DNA of 64,000 nucleotides from an uncultured Actinomycetota bacterium (GTDB lineage Bacteria; Actinomycetota; Actinomycetes; Propionibacteriales; Nocardioidaceae): contig CAWARH010000006.1 of assembly GCA_963784485.1 (NCBI GenBank), forward strand, positions 580,298 through 644,297, read 5' to 3'. The notes beneath the pieces were generated by a model that was not told where the DNA came from, did not search any database, and was given only the letters and a program-made list of their open reading frames with translations. The position numbers were made by a program, and so were the translations under genes. Positions 25,423 through 34,950 of this stretch are shown here, piece after piece (position 1 is the stretch's first letter; each line of letters begins with the position of its first letter).

Positions 25423-26613
25423 TCAGCGGAAGGCGGAGTGGCCGGTGAGGGCCTGGCCGAGCACGAGGGTGTGCATCTCGACGGTGCCTTCGTAGGTCAG
25501 GACCGACTCCAGGTTGTTCATGTGCCGGATGACCGGGTACTCCAGGGAGATCCCGTTGGCCCCGAGGATGGTCCGCGAGGTCCGGCAGATCTCCAGCGCC
25601 TCACGGACGTTGTTGAGCTTGCCCAGGCTCACCTGCTCCGGACGCAGCGTCCCCTGGTCCTTGAGCCGGCCCAGGTGCAGGGCGAGCAGGAAGCCCTTGG
25701 ACAGCTCCACGGCCATGTCGGCCAGCTTCTGCTGGGTGAGCTGGAAGCCGCTGAGCGGGCGGCCGAACTGCTCACGGGACCCCGCATAGGACAACGCGGA
25801 CTCGAAGGAGGACCGGGCCGCACCCAGGGCACCCCAGACGATGCCGTAACGGGCCTCGTTCAAGCACGACAACGGCCCCTTGAGCCCCCGCACCTGCGGC
25901 AGCACCGCGGACCCGGGCAGACGCACCCCGTCCAGGACCAGCTCACTGGTCACCGAGGCCCGCAACGAGAGCTTGTGCTTGATCTCGGGGGCGGTGAACC
26001 CGGGCGTCGCGGTCGGCACCACGAACCCGCGGACCCCCTCCTCGGTCTGCGCCCACACCACCGCGACCTGGGCGACCGACCCGTTGGTGATCCACATCTT
26101 CCGCCCGTCCAGGACCCAGTCGTCACCGTCGCGCCGGGCCCGGGTCCGCATCGAGGCCGGGTCCGAGCCCGCATCGGGCTCGGTCAACCCGAAGCACCCG
26201 ATCGCCTCCCCCGCAGCCATCCGCGGCAACCACTCCTGCTTGTGCTCCTCCGAGCCCCACCGCCAGATCGCATACATCGCCAGCGACCCCTGCACCGAGA
26301 CCAGCGACCGGATCCCCGAGTCCACCGCCTCCAGCTCCACACACGCCAACCCGTAGTCGACCGCGCTCATCCCCGCACAGCCGTACCCCTCCAGATGCAT
26401 GCCCAGCACCCCCAACGACCCCAGCTCCTTGGCCAGCCCGGGCAGGTCGTCGATCCGGCCCGCCTCGAACCACCCCGCCACATGCGGCTGGATCCGGCTC
26501 TGCGCCACCTGACGCACCGAGGCCCGCACGTCCCGCTCCTCCCCGGTGAGCAACGAGTCGACCCCGGCCGGGTCCAACGGGTCGAACGGGGGACGCTTGT
26601 CGGTGGTGGTCAT
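25423..26613 (-). CDS. gcdH: glutaryl-CoA dehydrogenase
   Basis: Acyl-CoA dehydrogenase fold with GCDH-type motifs: GLTEPDAGSDPASM, KMWITNG and a C-terminal LTYEGTVEMHTLVLGQALTG. Start ATG 26613 (MTTTDKRPPFDP). Confidence 0.8.
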   Translation of the reverse strand: MTTTDKRPPFDPLDPAGVDSLLTGEERDVRASVRQVAQSRIQPHVAGWFEAGRIDDLPGLAKELGSLGVLGMHLEGYGCAGMSAVDYGLACVELEAVDSGIRSLVSVQGSLAMYAIWRWGSEEHKQEWLPRMAAGEAIGCFGLTEPDAGSDPASMRTRARRDGDDWVLDGRKMWITNGSVAQVAVVWAQTEEGVRGFVVPTATPGFTAPEIKHKLSLRASVTSELVLDGVRLPGSAVLPQVRGLKGPLSCLNEARYGIVWGALGAARSSFESALSYAGSREQFGRPLSGFQLTQQKLADMAVELSKGFLLALHLGRLKDQGTLRPEQVSLGKLNNVREALEICRTSRTILGANGISLEYPVIRHMNNLESVLTYEGTVEMHTLVLGQALTGHSAFR

Positions 26614-26717
26614 CAGTTGCTCCTCAGTCCGCCGGCGGCGGACCTCGTGGTGGCGCTCCCCCAGCAACGGATGCGAGGGCGCGGTGATCGGTGTCCTTCG
26701 ACAGTCGCGCAGCTGCG

Positions 26718-28247
26718 CTAGCGCCTCCGGGAGGCCGCGGAGCCGCCCGTCCTCTCGGCGTGCTCGATGCCGCCGTTGACGCGGCGCGGAACCTGCAGAG
26801 GGTTGTCGCTCTGCGCCTCCGGCGGCAGCCAGGAGTCGTGGGCGGACTGGAAGGCCACCGGCCGCACGAAGCGACCGAGACCCTGGGCACCCACGGAGGT
26901 CGCGGACGGCACCGACGTGGACGGCCACGGCCCACCGTGCTGCTGCGCCCACGTGAAGGCGACACCGGTGGGCCAGCCGTCGACGACGACCCGGCCGACC
27001 TTGCGGCTCAACCGATCGAGAAGGGCGGCGGCCTGGGGGTCGTCGGCGCCACCGGTGATCAGGCTGGCCGCCAGCGCGCCCTGGAGGTTCGCCAGAGCAT
27101 CGTCCAGCTCCTCGTCGCCGTCGTACTCGCAGACGAGGAGGACGGCGCCGAAGCACTCCTCGAGCAGCCTGCTCCCGGGACCGAGCGCGGCCAGGTCCGC
27201 GCGGAGGACGGCGGCAGGGGCCGGCCAGCCCGACGTCGCCGGGTCCAGCATCTCCACGACCTCCGACCCCGCGTCCTGCATCGCGGCGAGTCCGTTGCGG
27301 ACCGACGACGCGATGGACTCGGTCAGCATCGACGGGCTCGGTGCGGCGTCCCGCAAGGCACCGGCGACGGCGGCAGCCGCTCCTACGCCGGCGGGAGCGA
27401 GCAGCAGCCCCGGCTTGGTGCAGAACTGGCCGTGCCCCAGGGTGAAGGAGCCGACGAGGCCGGTCGCCACCGTCCCGAGGTCGCGGGCCCCGGCGCGGGT
27501 CACCACGACCGGGTTGACCGTGCCCATCTCCGCGTAGACAGGGATCACCACGTCGCGCTCGTTGGCCAGCCGCCACAGCGCCAGCCCGGCCGCTTGCGAC
27601 CCGGTGAACGCGACAGCGGAGATCGCAGCCGCGCGGACGAGCTCGACGCCCGCCTGGTGACCGTTGACCATGCCGAACGTGCCGACGGGTGCGCCCGCCT
27701 CGGCGAGCGCCTCCCGCGCGATCTCGGCCTGCAGGTGGCTGAGGCCGACGTGTGCCGGGTGGGCCTTCACCACCACCGGGCACCCGGCTGCGAGAGCTGC
27801 GCCGGTGTCGTTGCCCAGGACGCTGAACGCGAAGGGGAAGTTGCTGGCGCCGAACACGGCCACCGGTCCCAGGGGCCGGTTCACCCGGACGATCCGCGCA
27901 CGGGTGGCGGTGGCCTCGTCGATGGTCACGCCCAGGTAGGAGCCCTCGACGGCCACGTCGCCGTAGAAGCGCAGCTGGTCGGCCGCCCGGGTGACTTCTC
28001 CGGACAGCCGCGCGAGGCCCAAGGCGGTCTCCCGGTCGGCGTGGGCCGCGAGCTCGTCCTGGCGTGCCTCGAGGGCGTCGGCGATCCGGTGGAGCCAGGC
28101 GCGACGCTCGCCAGGAGCAGCCGCTGCGACGGCCGCGGCGGCGCCGGCCGCCAGGTCCACGACCTCGGCGACCCGCTCCGGGGTGGTCTCCTCTGCGGTC
28201 GAGACTGCCTCGCCGGTCCGCGGGTCGTACGACGTCACCGCGCTCAC
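26718..28247 (-). CDS. NAD(P)+ aldehyde dehydrogenase (KGSADH-like subfamily)
   Basis: ALDH catalytic motifs EMGTVNP and GQFCTKPG. GTG 28247 forms a GTGA overlap with the gabT stop. Confidence 0.8.
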   Translation of the reverse strand: MSAVTSYDPRTGEAVSTAEETTPERVAEVVDLAAGAAAAVAAAAPGERRAWLHRIADALEARQDELAAHADRETALGLARLSGEVTRAADQLRFYGDVAVEGSYLGVTIDEATATRARIVRVNRPLGPVAVFGASNFPFAFSVLGNDTGAALAAGCPVVVKAHPAHVGLSHLQAEIAREALAEAGAPVGTFGMVNGHQAGVELVRAAAISAVAFTGSQAAGLALWRLANERDVVIPVYAEMGTVNPVVVTRAGARDLGTVATGLVGSFTLGHGQFCTKPGLLLAPAGVGAAAAVAGALRDAAPSPSMLTESIASSVRNGLAAMQDAGSEVVEMLDPATSGWPAPAAVLRADLAALGPGSRLLEECFGAVLLVCEYDGDEELDDALANLQGALAASLITGGADDPQAAALLDRLSRKVGRVVVDGWPTGVAFTWAQQHGGPWPSTSVPSATSVGAQGLGRFVRPVAFQSAHDSWLPPEAQSDNPLQVPRRVNGGIEHAERTGGSAASRRR

Positions 28248-29578
28248 CGGGCACCTCGCACGGCCGCCTCGAGGACGTCCAGCGCCTCGTCGAGGAGGGG
28301 CAGGGGGATGACCAGCGGCGGGAGCAGCCGGATCACGTTGCCGTAGGTGCCGCAGACAAGGACCAGGACGCCGTCGCGGTGGCACCGGGCGGCGACGGCC
28401 CGGGCGACCTCCGGCGCCGGCTCTCTCGTGCCCGGACCGACGAGCTCGAGCGCGAGCATCGCGCCCCGGCCACGCACCTCGCCGACGGTGGAGCCTGGAC
28501 CGGTCAGCGCATGCAGCCGTGGCATCGCCCGCGCCTCGATGTCGCGGGCCCGCTGCACCAGGTCCTGCCGCTCGATGGTCTCCAGTGCCCCGAGGGCGGC
28601 CGCGCAGGCGACGGGGTTCCCGGCGAAGGTGCCCCCCAGCCCGCCGGGCGCGACGGCGTCCATGAGCTCGGCGCGACCGGTCACGGCTGCAAGCGGCAGG
28701 CCACCGGCCAGCGCCTTCGCGGTGGTGACCAGGTCGGGGACCACCCCCTCGTGCTCGCAGGCGAACATCGCCCCGGTCCTGGCCAGCCCGGTCTGGATCT
28801 CGTCGGCCACGAACACGATCCCGTGCTCGGTGGCGAAGTCCTGGACCGCCCTGAGGTAGCCGGGCGGCGGGACGATGAAGCCGCCTTCGCCCTGGATCGG
28901 CTCGGCCACGATCGCGGCGACGTTGTGAGCGCCGATCTGGGTGACGACCGCGTCCTTCAGGGCCGCGAGGGCCTCGGCACCAGCGTGCTCGGCACCGCTC
29001 GGCCACCGGTAGGGGTACGGCGACGGCACACGGTAGACCTCGGGCGCGAACGGGCCGAAGCCCTCCTTGTAGGGCGCGTTCTTGGCCGTCATCGACATCG
29101 TCAGCAGGGTCCGGCCGTGGTAGGCGTGCCCCAGGACCACCACTGCAGGTCGGCCCGTCGCGGTCCGCGCGATCTTGATGGCGTTCTCGACCGCCTCGGC
29201 CCCGGTCGTGAACAGCGCGGTCTTCTTGGCGTGGGTCCCGGGCGTGAGGCGGTTGAGCGCAGCAGCGACCTCCCCGTACCCCTCGTACTCGGTCACCAGG
29301 AAGCAGGTGTGGGTGAAGCGTTCAGCCTGCTCACGCAGGCGACGGACCACGGCCGGGTCGGAGGCCCCGACACTGGTCACGGCGATGCCCGAGGCGAGGT
29401 CGATGAGGTGGTTGCCGTCGACGTCGACGAGCACCCCACCGCCCGCTCGCTCGATGAAGACGGGCATCGTGGTGCCCAGCCCGCCGGCCACCTCGGCGTC
29501 GCGCTGCTCCTGGAGCTTCAGCGAGGTGGGGCCGGGGATCTCGGTGACGAGAATGCGGCGCTGCTCCGGCTGCGACAT
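28244..29578 (-). CDS. gabT: class-III PLP aminotransferase, 4-aminobutyrate/5-aminovalerate:2-oxoglutarate type
   Basis: Full-length GabT-like sequence (EIPGPTS..., FVADEIQTGLARTG, TTAKALAGGLPL with the PLP lysine). Confidence 0.8.
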   Translation of the reverse strand: MSQPEQRRILVTEIPGPTSLKLQEQRDAEVAGGLGTTMPVFIERAGGGVLVDVDGNHLIDLASGIAVTSVGASDPAVVRRLREQAERFTHTCFLVTEYEGYGEVAAALNRLTPGTHAKKTALFTTGAEAVENAIKIARTATGRPAVVVLGHAYHGRTLLTMSMTAKNAPYKEGFGPFAPEVYRVPSPYPYRWPSGAEHAGAEALAALKDAVVTQIGAHNVAAIVAEPIQGEGGFIVPPPGYLRAVQDFATEHGIVFVADEIQTGLARTGAMFACEHEGVVPDLVTTAKALAGGLPLAAVTGRAELMDAVAPGGLGGTFAGNPVACAAALGALETIERQDLVQRARDIEARAMPRLHALTGPGSTVGEVRGRGAMLALELVGPGTREPAPEVARAVAARCHRDGVLVLVCGTYGNVIRLLPPLVIPLPLLDEALDVLEAAVRGAR

Positions 29579-29706
29579 CGTTCCTCCGTGGGATGTGGGA
29601 AGTCAGACGGTACGCAGGAGGACCGCCTCCGTCTTCGTCGGATCCGACCAACCACCTGCGGTTGTCGTCCGTACGACGAGGAGTCGGCGCGGTCCGGCGC
29701 CCGCGG

Positions 29707-31158
29707 TCAGGCGACTCCCCGGGTCCGCAGGGCCAGCCATGTCTCGGCGGACACGTCAGGGTCGTCGAGGTCGAGCTGGAGCAGCTCTCGGGCTCGGGCC
29801 ACCCGGTAGCGCAGCGTGTTGCGGTGCAGGCCGAGGGAGGTCGCCGCCTGCTCGTACTGACCGCGGTGCCGTAGGTAGCCGACCAGTGCCTGCAGCAGCT
29901 CCGGGCTCGCCCGGGCCACGAACCGGTCGACGGCTCGGGGCACCCCTCCCCCTGGGTGCCGGGGCCGGGCGATCTTCCCCGGAGGGGTCGACGCGAGTGC
30001 CCGCTGGGTGCGGGGCCGGACTCGGCCGGCGGCGTCGAGGGCGACCAGCTCGGAGACCACCGCCGACGCGACGGGGTCGACTCTGCCCAGCTCGGCCTCG
30101 AGGTCGTCGAGTGCTGGATGGCCGTCCGGCAGCAGGCACCAGGCTGCGGCCCGGTCCACCATCACCGACAGCGCCTCTGGGCACCACCGCTCCACCGCCT
30201 CGACGAGGTCGGCGCTGTCGCGGCCCCTGATCGCGAGCACGCTGACCTCCCGGCCCGGGGAAGGCACGCCGGTGTCCGCGGCGAGCCGCCGGCTCGCGTC
30301 CGTCAGGCCCGCGTCGACCAGCAGCGCCACGCACCGTCGCGTCGCCTCCCGGGCGGACTGGCTGCGCTGGTTGCGGATCACGTCGAGGCTGAGCAGCGCC
30401 GCGGCGGTGAGCACGACCCGCCGCTGGGCCGCTTCCAGCTGGCGCGGGGACCCGGCTGCGAGATAGCCGACCACCCGGTTCTCCACCGCGAGCGGGAAGA
30501 CGACGACCACGTGGTCGGCGGAGCTGAACGAGGCAGACGAGTGGACCCCTGCCATTTCCAGCCGGCTCACCTCGGCCTGGAGCGCCTCCATCTCCTCCAC
30601 CAGCCCGGCGGGGTAGCTCTGGTCGACCTTTCCCTGCGCGGTGAGCAGGGCCGCCCAACCCTCGAGAAGCACCGCGAGCCGCCGCAGGACGGCCGCAGCC
30701 GGGTCCGGCGCCACTGCCGCGTCGACCAGCGCCCGGTGCGCCGCGACCGCGTCGGTGAGCTGCTGCTCGGTCGAGCGCGCGCGGGCCGACCAGTAGGTGC
30801 GCGAGACCAGGAGGAACGGGGTGGGGACGGGTACGACGAGCAGGGGCAGCCGCGCCTCGCGACAGGCCCTCACCAGGGACGGGGGCGGCGACTGGTGCAC
30901 GGGACCGAGCCCCAGGGCCAGGGCGCTCAGTCCTGCCTGCCTCAGCCGGGCGACGTACCGGCGACAACCCAGGTCGCTGTGCGGCAGCGTCAGCCCGGTC
31001 GTGAGGAGCAGCTCCCCGCCACTCAGGTAGGCGACCGGGTCGACCAGCTCGCTGATGTGGACCGCGGTGATCTCCGTGTCGGGTGCGGTGAAGCCCTCGG
31101 CCGGCACCAGGTGGTGTCCCAACGCCGAGCACAGGGAGGCGACGGTGGGGATGGACAT
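29707..31158 (-). CDS. PucR-family transcriptional regulator
   Basis: N-terminal PucR/PurC-like domain (ITAVHISELVDPVAYLSGGELLLTTG) and C-terminal HTH (ATSLGLHRNTLRYRVARARELL). Confidence 0.8.
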   Translation of the reverse strand: MSIPTVASLCSALGHHLVPAEGFTAPDTEITAVHISELVDPVAYLSGGELLLTTGLTLPHSDLGCRRYVARLRQAGLSALALGLGPVHQSPPPSLVRACREARLPLLVVPVPTPFLLVSRTYWSARARSTEQQLTDAVAAHRALVDAAVAPDPAAAVLRRLAVLLEGWAALLTAQGKVDQSYPAGLVEEMEALQAEVSRLEMAGVHSSASFSSADHVVVVFPLAVENRVVGYLAAGSPRQLEAAQRRVVLTAAALLSLDVIRNQRSQSAREATRRCVALLVDAGLTDASRRLAADTGVPSPGREVSVLAIRGRDSADLVEAVERWCPEALSVMVDRAAAWCLLPDGHPALDDLEAELGRVDPVASAVVSELVALDAAGRVRPRTQRALASTPPGKIARPRHPGGGVPRAVDRFVARASPELLQALVGYLRHRGQYEQAATSLGLHRNTLRYRVARARELLQLDLDDPDVSAETWLALRTRGVA

Positions 31159-31274
31159 GGCCCCACCCTTCTCGACGCCGTGACCACGGGCGAGCGATCT
31201 CGGTCAGACTACCCAACGACTGCCACGCGGCATCCAAGCGACGGGCCCACGCGACAGGCCCGGGCGACGTGCGC

Positions 31275-32081
31275 TCAGCCGTCCAGGAAGGCCCGGAACA
31301 GCACCTCGCGGTCGGCCCTCGAGCCGTCGTCGTCCTCGGGGTGCCACTGGACCCCGACCAGCCAGTGGTCGGGGTGCTCGATCGCCTCGACGATCCCGTC
31401 CTCGGCGACGGCGGCGACCGTGAAGCCCTCCGCCACGCGGTCCACTGCCTGGTGGTGACCCGAGCGCACCGTCAGCCGGTCGCTGTCGAAGATCGCCCGG
31501 AGGCGGGTCCCGGGAACGAGCGTGACCTTCTCGTCGACGAACATCGGCTGCCCCACGCCGCCCCGGTGCAGCGCGTAGTTCGCGATGTCCGGGATGATCG
31601 AACCGCCCCACGCCACGTTGAGCAGCTGTGCGCCGCGGCAGATCGCGAGGACGGGTCTTGCGGCACCGACGGCCGCCCGGATGGCGGCCATGCCGTCGTC
31701 GTCGGCCCGCCGGTCCACGCCGTAGGAGTGGGGGACGTCGACGTCGTCCCCGCCGTAGCAGGTCGCGGACACGTCGCCTCCTCCGAGGACGAGCAGCCGG
31801 TCGAAGGCCGCGACCTCGGTGGCGTCGGGGAGGGGCTCGGAGGTGTCGAACAGCTCGTACGTCGCCCCGAGACCGACCAGCGTCTGCAGGGCGCAGCGGG
31901 TGAACCTGCGGACCAGGTCCGCCACCGGCGGGGTGAGGTCCGGGAAGTTCAGGGACACGACCACCGCGACCCGCGGTCCGCCGCCGCTGCCGCTGCCCGG
32001 GCCCTCCGGCTCCACCTCGCCGCGGAGCACCACAGGCGCCGGCCCGGACGACACGGCCGGTCCGGGCGAGGAGCCGGTCAC
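31275..32081 (-). CDS. class-I glutamine amidotransferase-like / peptidase C26 gamma-glutamyl hydrolase (PuuD-like), copy 2
   Basis: Catalytic motifs LAICRGAQLLN and VGVQWHPE. GTG 32081 gives a GTGA overlap, but the first ~45 aa are low-complexity, so the start may lie further downstream. Confidence 0.7.
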   Translation of the reverse strand: MTGSSPGPAVSSGPAPVVLRGEVEPEGPGSGSGGGPRVAVVVSLNFPDLTPPVADLVRRFTRCALQTLVGLGATYELFDTSEPLPDATEVAAFDRLLVLGGGDVSATCYGGDDVDVPHSYGVDRRADDDGMAAIRAAVGAARPVLAICRGAQLLNVAWGGSIIPDIANYALHRGGVGQPMFVDEKVTLVPGTRLRAIFDSDRLTVRSGHHQAVDRVAEGFTVAAVAEDGIVEAIEHPDHWLVGVQWHPEDDDGSRADREVLFRAFLDG

Positions 32082-32791
32082 GCTGCCACCCCGCGACGAG
32101 CCAGAGCACGCTCGACCAGGTCGGCGAAGAGCGCCAGGTCGGTCGGGGAGGTGCAGTGCAGGTCCTCGGGATGCCACTGGACCGCCAGGACGTCCGCGCT
32201 GACGTGCTCGGCCGCCTCGATGCACCCGTCGGCGGCCCGGGCGGTGACGCTCAGGCCGTCTCCCAGGCGGTCGACGGCCTGGTGGTGGTAGGACGACACA
32301 GGGATGGTCGTACGCCCCACGATCTCGCGCAGCCTGCTGCCCGGGGCCACGTCCACGTCGTGGATCGACTGCCGGTGGTCCACCCCGGTCGGGCCGAGGT
32401 GCTGGTGCAGGGTGCCACCTAGCGCCACGTTCAGCACCTGCATGCCCCGGCAGATCGCCAGCGTCGGGCGCCCCGTCACGACGACGGCACGGGCCACGGC
32501 GAGGTCCAGGACGTCCTGGTGCTCGACCGCGCGCTCGGTCCGGGGCAGCGGCTCCTGTCCGTAGCGGCGCGGATCGAGGTCGGCTCCACCCGGCAGCAGC
32601 ACGCCGTCGAAGCGACGGAGCCGGTCGGCGAGACCCGCGGTCGGATCGGCTGCCGGACCGTGCAGCACCAGCGGCTCACCGCCGCCCGCCCACACGGCCT
32701 CGCACATCGCCTCGGCGGCGATGGTGCCGCTGAACCGGAGGACGCCGACCTGGGCGGAGCGGCGTCCGATGACGGCGATCAGGGGTCGCAC
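32078..32791 (-). CDS. class-I glutamine amidotransferase-like / peptidase C26 gamma-glutamyl hydrolase (PuuD-like), copy 1
   Basis: LAICRGMQVLN and LAVQWHPE. GTG 32791 is preceded by an aaggag SD. Confidence 0.75.
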   Translation of the reverse strand: MRPLIAVIGRRSAQVGVLRFSGTIAAEAMCEAVWAGGGEPLVLHGPAADPTAGLADRLRRFDGVLLPGGADLDPRRYGQEPLPRTERAVEHQDVLDLAVARAVVVTGRPTLAICRGMQVLNVALGGTLHQHLGPTGVDHRQSIHDVDVAPGSRLREIVGRTTIPVSSYHHQAVDRLGDGLSVTARAADGCIEAAEHVSADVLAVQWHPEDLHCTSPTDLALFADLVERALARRGVAA

Positions 32792-32802
32792 GAGAGGCTC
32801 CT

Positions 32803-33510
32803 TCAGAAGGGGTAGTCGAGGGTGGGCAGCCAGTGCTCCCAGACCCGGCGGTGCCGGCCGTCGGCCACGATGCGCTCGAGCGCGCCGTCGAGGGTCGAGA
32901 GCAGCTCGGGGCGGTCCTTGGCCACCCCGATCCCCCACCGGTTGCCGGTCTGGACGGAGAAGGCGAGCTCGAAGACGGGGTCGGACTCGCCGAGCGGGAC
33001 GAAGACCACGTCGTCGTCGACCACGGCATCGACGTCGCCTTGGCGCAGGGCGGCGAGCATGTCGGCGTACACGTCGCCGGTGTCGCCGCTGAAGGGCACC
33101 ACCTCCGCGCCCTCGAACGTAGTGGCCAGGGCCAGGTTGGCGGAGCCGGCGATGGCGGCGACGCGTCGGCCGACCAGCCCGTCCGCGTCCCGCACGCCCT
33201 CGCCACGACGCACGAGGACGCCCTCGTGGAAGAGGCCGTACGGACGGGTGAAGTCGACCTGCTGCTGTCTCGTGGCGATGATCCCCTGTCCACAGAGCAC
33301 CGCGTCCACGTCGTGGCGCTGCACCGCAGGCAGCATCTCCCCCCACGGCATGACGACCCACTCCAGGGGCCTGCCGAGCTCGTCGGCCAGCAGTCGGGCG
33401 GTCGCGGGCTCGAACCCCTCGCGGCGGCCCTCGGCGTCCACGAGCCCGAACAGGGGTGGAGCATCGGCGTCGATGCAGGCGAGCCGCAACGACTGCGCGG
33501 ACGGGTTCAC
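32803..33510 (-). CDS. type-3 periplasmic-binding-fold (amino-acid SBP-like) protein lacking a signal peptide
   Basis: SBP_bac_3-like pattern (LRLACIDADAPPLF...GFEPATARLLADELGRPLEWV...DAVLCGQGIIATRQQQVDFTRPY...WGIGVAKD). Neither candidate N-terminus (GTG 33510 or ATG 33573) has a hydrophobic h-region. GTGA overlap with the GS-like gene stop. Confidence 0.65.
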   Translation of the reverse strand: MNPSAQSLRLACIDADAPPLFGLVDAEGRREGFEPATARLLADELGRPLEWVVMPWGEMLPAVQRHDVDAVLCGQGIIATRQQQVDFTRPYGLFHEGVLVRRGEGVRDADGLVGRRVAAIAGSANLALATTFEGAEVVPFSGDTGDVYADMLAALRQGDVDAVVDDDVVFVPLGESDPVFELAFSVQTGNRWGIGVAKDRPELLSTLDGALERIVADGRHRRVWEHWLPTLDYPF

Positions 33511-34892
33511 GGCAGGTCCGCCCAGTAGGTCTGCCGCTCCCAGTCGGTGACGGCGCCGCAGAAGCGCCCCCACTCGTCGGTCTTGTACTCGAGGTAGAGG
33601 TCGGCGAGCTCGGCGCCGAGAGCCTCCTTGAGGTAGGTGTCGTTGTCGAAGGCGGTGATCGCCTCCCCCAAGGTGAGGGGCAACGCGTCGAACTGGTGCT
33701 GCCCCTCGGTGCCGTAGCTCGACCCGACCTGCGGTGCACCGGGGTCGATCTGGTTCTTCAGCCCGTCATCGATGGCCGCGAGGATCACCGCGTGGGTGAG
33801 GTAGGGGTTCACGCTCGCGTCCGGCAGCTTGTACTCCAGCCGGCCGTTGGCCGACAACCTCACCGTGCAGGTCTTGTTGTCGAGCCCCCAGTTGATCTGC
33901 GACGGCGCGAACTGGCCCGCGTCCCAGTAGCGCTTGTACGAGTTGACCGTCGGACCCATGGCGAGCATCGCGCCGGCGGAGTGGGTGAGCAGCCCCCCGA
34001 GCGCATGCTTGCCCTCCTCGCTCAGGTGCAGCTCCCTCGTGCCGGGGGTCTCGAGGATGTTCGCCTCACCGCGCCACAGGCTCCAGTTGTGGTGGCATCC
34101 GTTGCCCATCATGCCGGTGGCCGGCTTGGGCATGAAGCTGGCTTCGATGCCCAGCTCCCGCGCCACCTGCTTGCAGATCTGGCGGTAGACGACGAGACGG
34201 TCGGCTGTGAGCTCTGCCCTGTCGAACATCCAGTTCAGCTCGATCTGGCCAGAGTCCTCGTAGTCGCCCTCGACCATGTCGAGACCGAGCGCCGTGGCGT
34301 AGCGGATCACCCGTTGGAAGATGTCGCGGTTCTTCTCCAGGTGCTCGATGTGGTACGCGGGAGAGGAGTCCGGCCGGAAGACCGCCTGGCGGCCGGGGCC
34401 TTCCCACGTCATCTCCGGCTCGGTGCCGGTGCGGAGCTCGAGGCCGGTGCGCGCGGTGAACTCCGCGTGCATCCGCCTGAAGACGCCCCGGGTGTCGGTG
34501 GCCAGGGCCGTGCCTCCGACACCGGGCACGTGGTCGGGTTCGTAGAGACGGCAGAAGAAGCGGCCCAGCGAGGTGTCCCACGGCAGCACGGAGAACGAGT
34601 CCAGGTCGGGGACGGCGGTGTACTCGGCGGCGTCCGCGCCACCGCCCATCAGGGTGCCGGACCGGTCGGCCTGGAGGTTGGAGATCGCCGTGCGGTGCTG
34701 CTGCACGCCGCGCACGGCCAGCCGGTCGACGTGGGAGGCAGGGGCGACCTTGCCGACGACGCGACCGGTGATGGTCACCGTCTGGTAGTAGATGTTCTCG
34801 ACACCGGACTCCTTGAGGGACTGCTTGACGAGGTCGAGCGCCCCCGCACGGGAGTTCTCCTCCCGGTGCAGGTCGAGATCGGTTGTGCTCAT
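33507..34892 (-). CDS. glutamine synthetase-family gamma-glutamyl ligase (PuuA/GlnA3-4/IpuC-like)
   Basis: GS catalytic-domain motifs FMPKPATGMMGNGCHHNWSLW and NSYKR, in a 461-aa type-I-like architecture. Confidence 0.8.
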   Translation of the reverse strand: MSTTDLDLHREENSRAGALDLVKQSLKESGVENIYYQTVTITGRVVGKVAPASHVDRLAVRGVQQHRTAISNLQADRSGTLMGGGADAAEYTAVPDLDSFSVLPWDTSLGRFFCRLYEPDHVPGVGGTALATDTRGVFRRMHAEFTARTGLELRTGTEPEMTWEGPGRQAVFRPDSSPAYHIEHLEKNRDIFQRVIRYATALGLDMVEGDYEDSGQIELNWMFDRAELTADRLVVYRQICKQVARELGIEASFMPKPATGMMGNGCHHNWSLWRGEANILETPGTRELHLSEEGKHALGGLLTHSAGAMLAMGPTVNSYKRYWDAGQFAPSQINWGLDNKTCTVRLSANGRLEYKLPDASVNPYLTHAVILAAIDDGLKNQIDPGAPQVGSSYGTEGQHQFDALPLTLGEAITAFDNDTYLKEALGAELADLYLEYKTDEWGRFCGAVTDWERQTYWADLP

Positions 34893-34950
34893 CGTCGGTC
34901 ACCTTTCGAGTGGACTGCCCGTGGCGAGGTGCCAGAGTCGGTGGTGCGGG

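Noticed and set aside
26614-28254. N-terminal extension turning gcdH into a 943-aa ORF (25423-28254); similar long extensions at 26718-29006, 32078-33739, 46048-48279, 48014-49795 and 3948-5606
   Set aside because: The extensions are alternative-frame read-through across upstream genes. Internal starts with an SD or a 4-nt overlap give proteins of canonical length.
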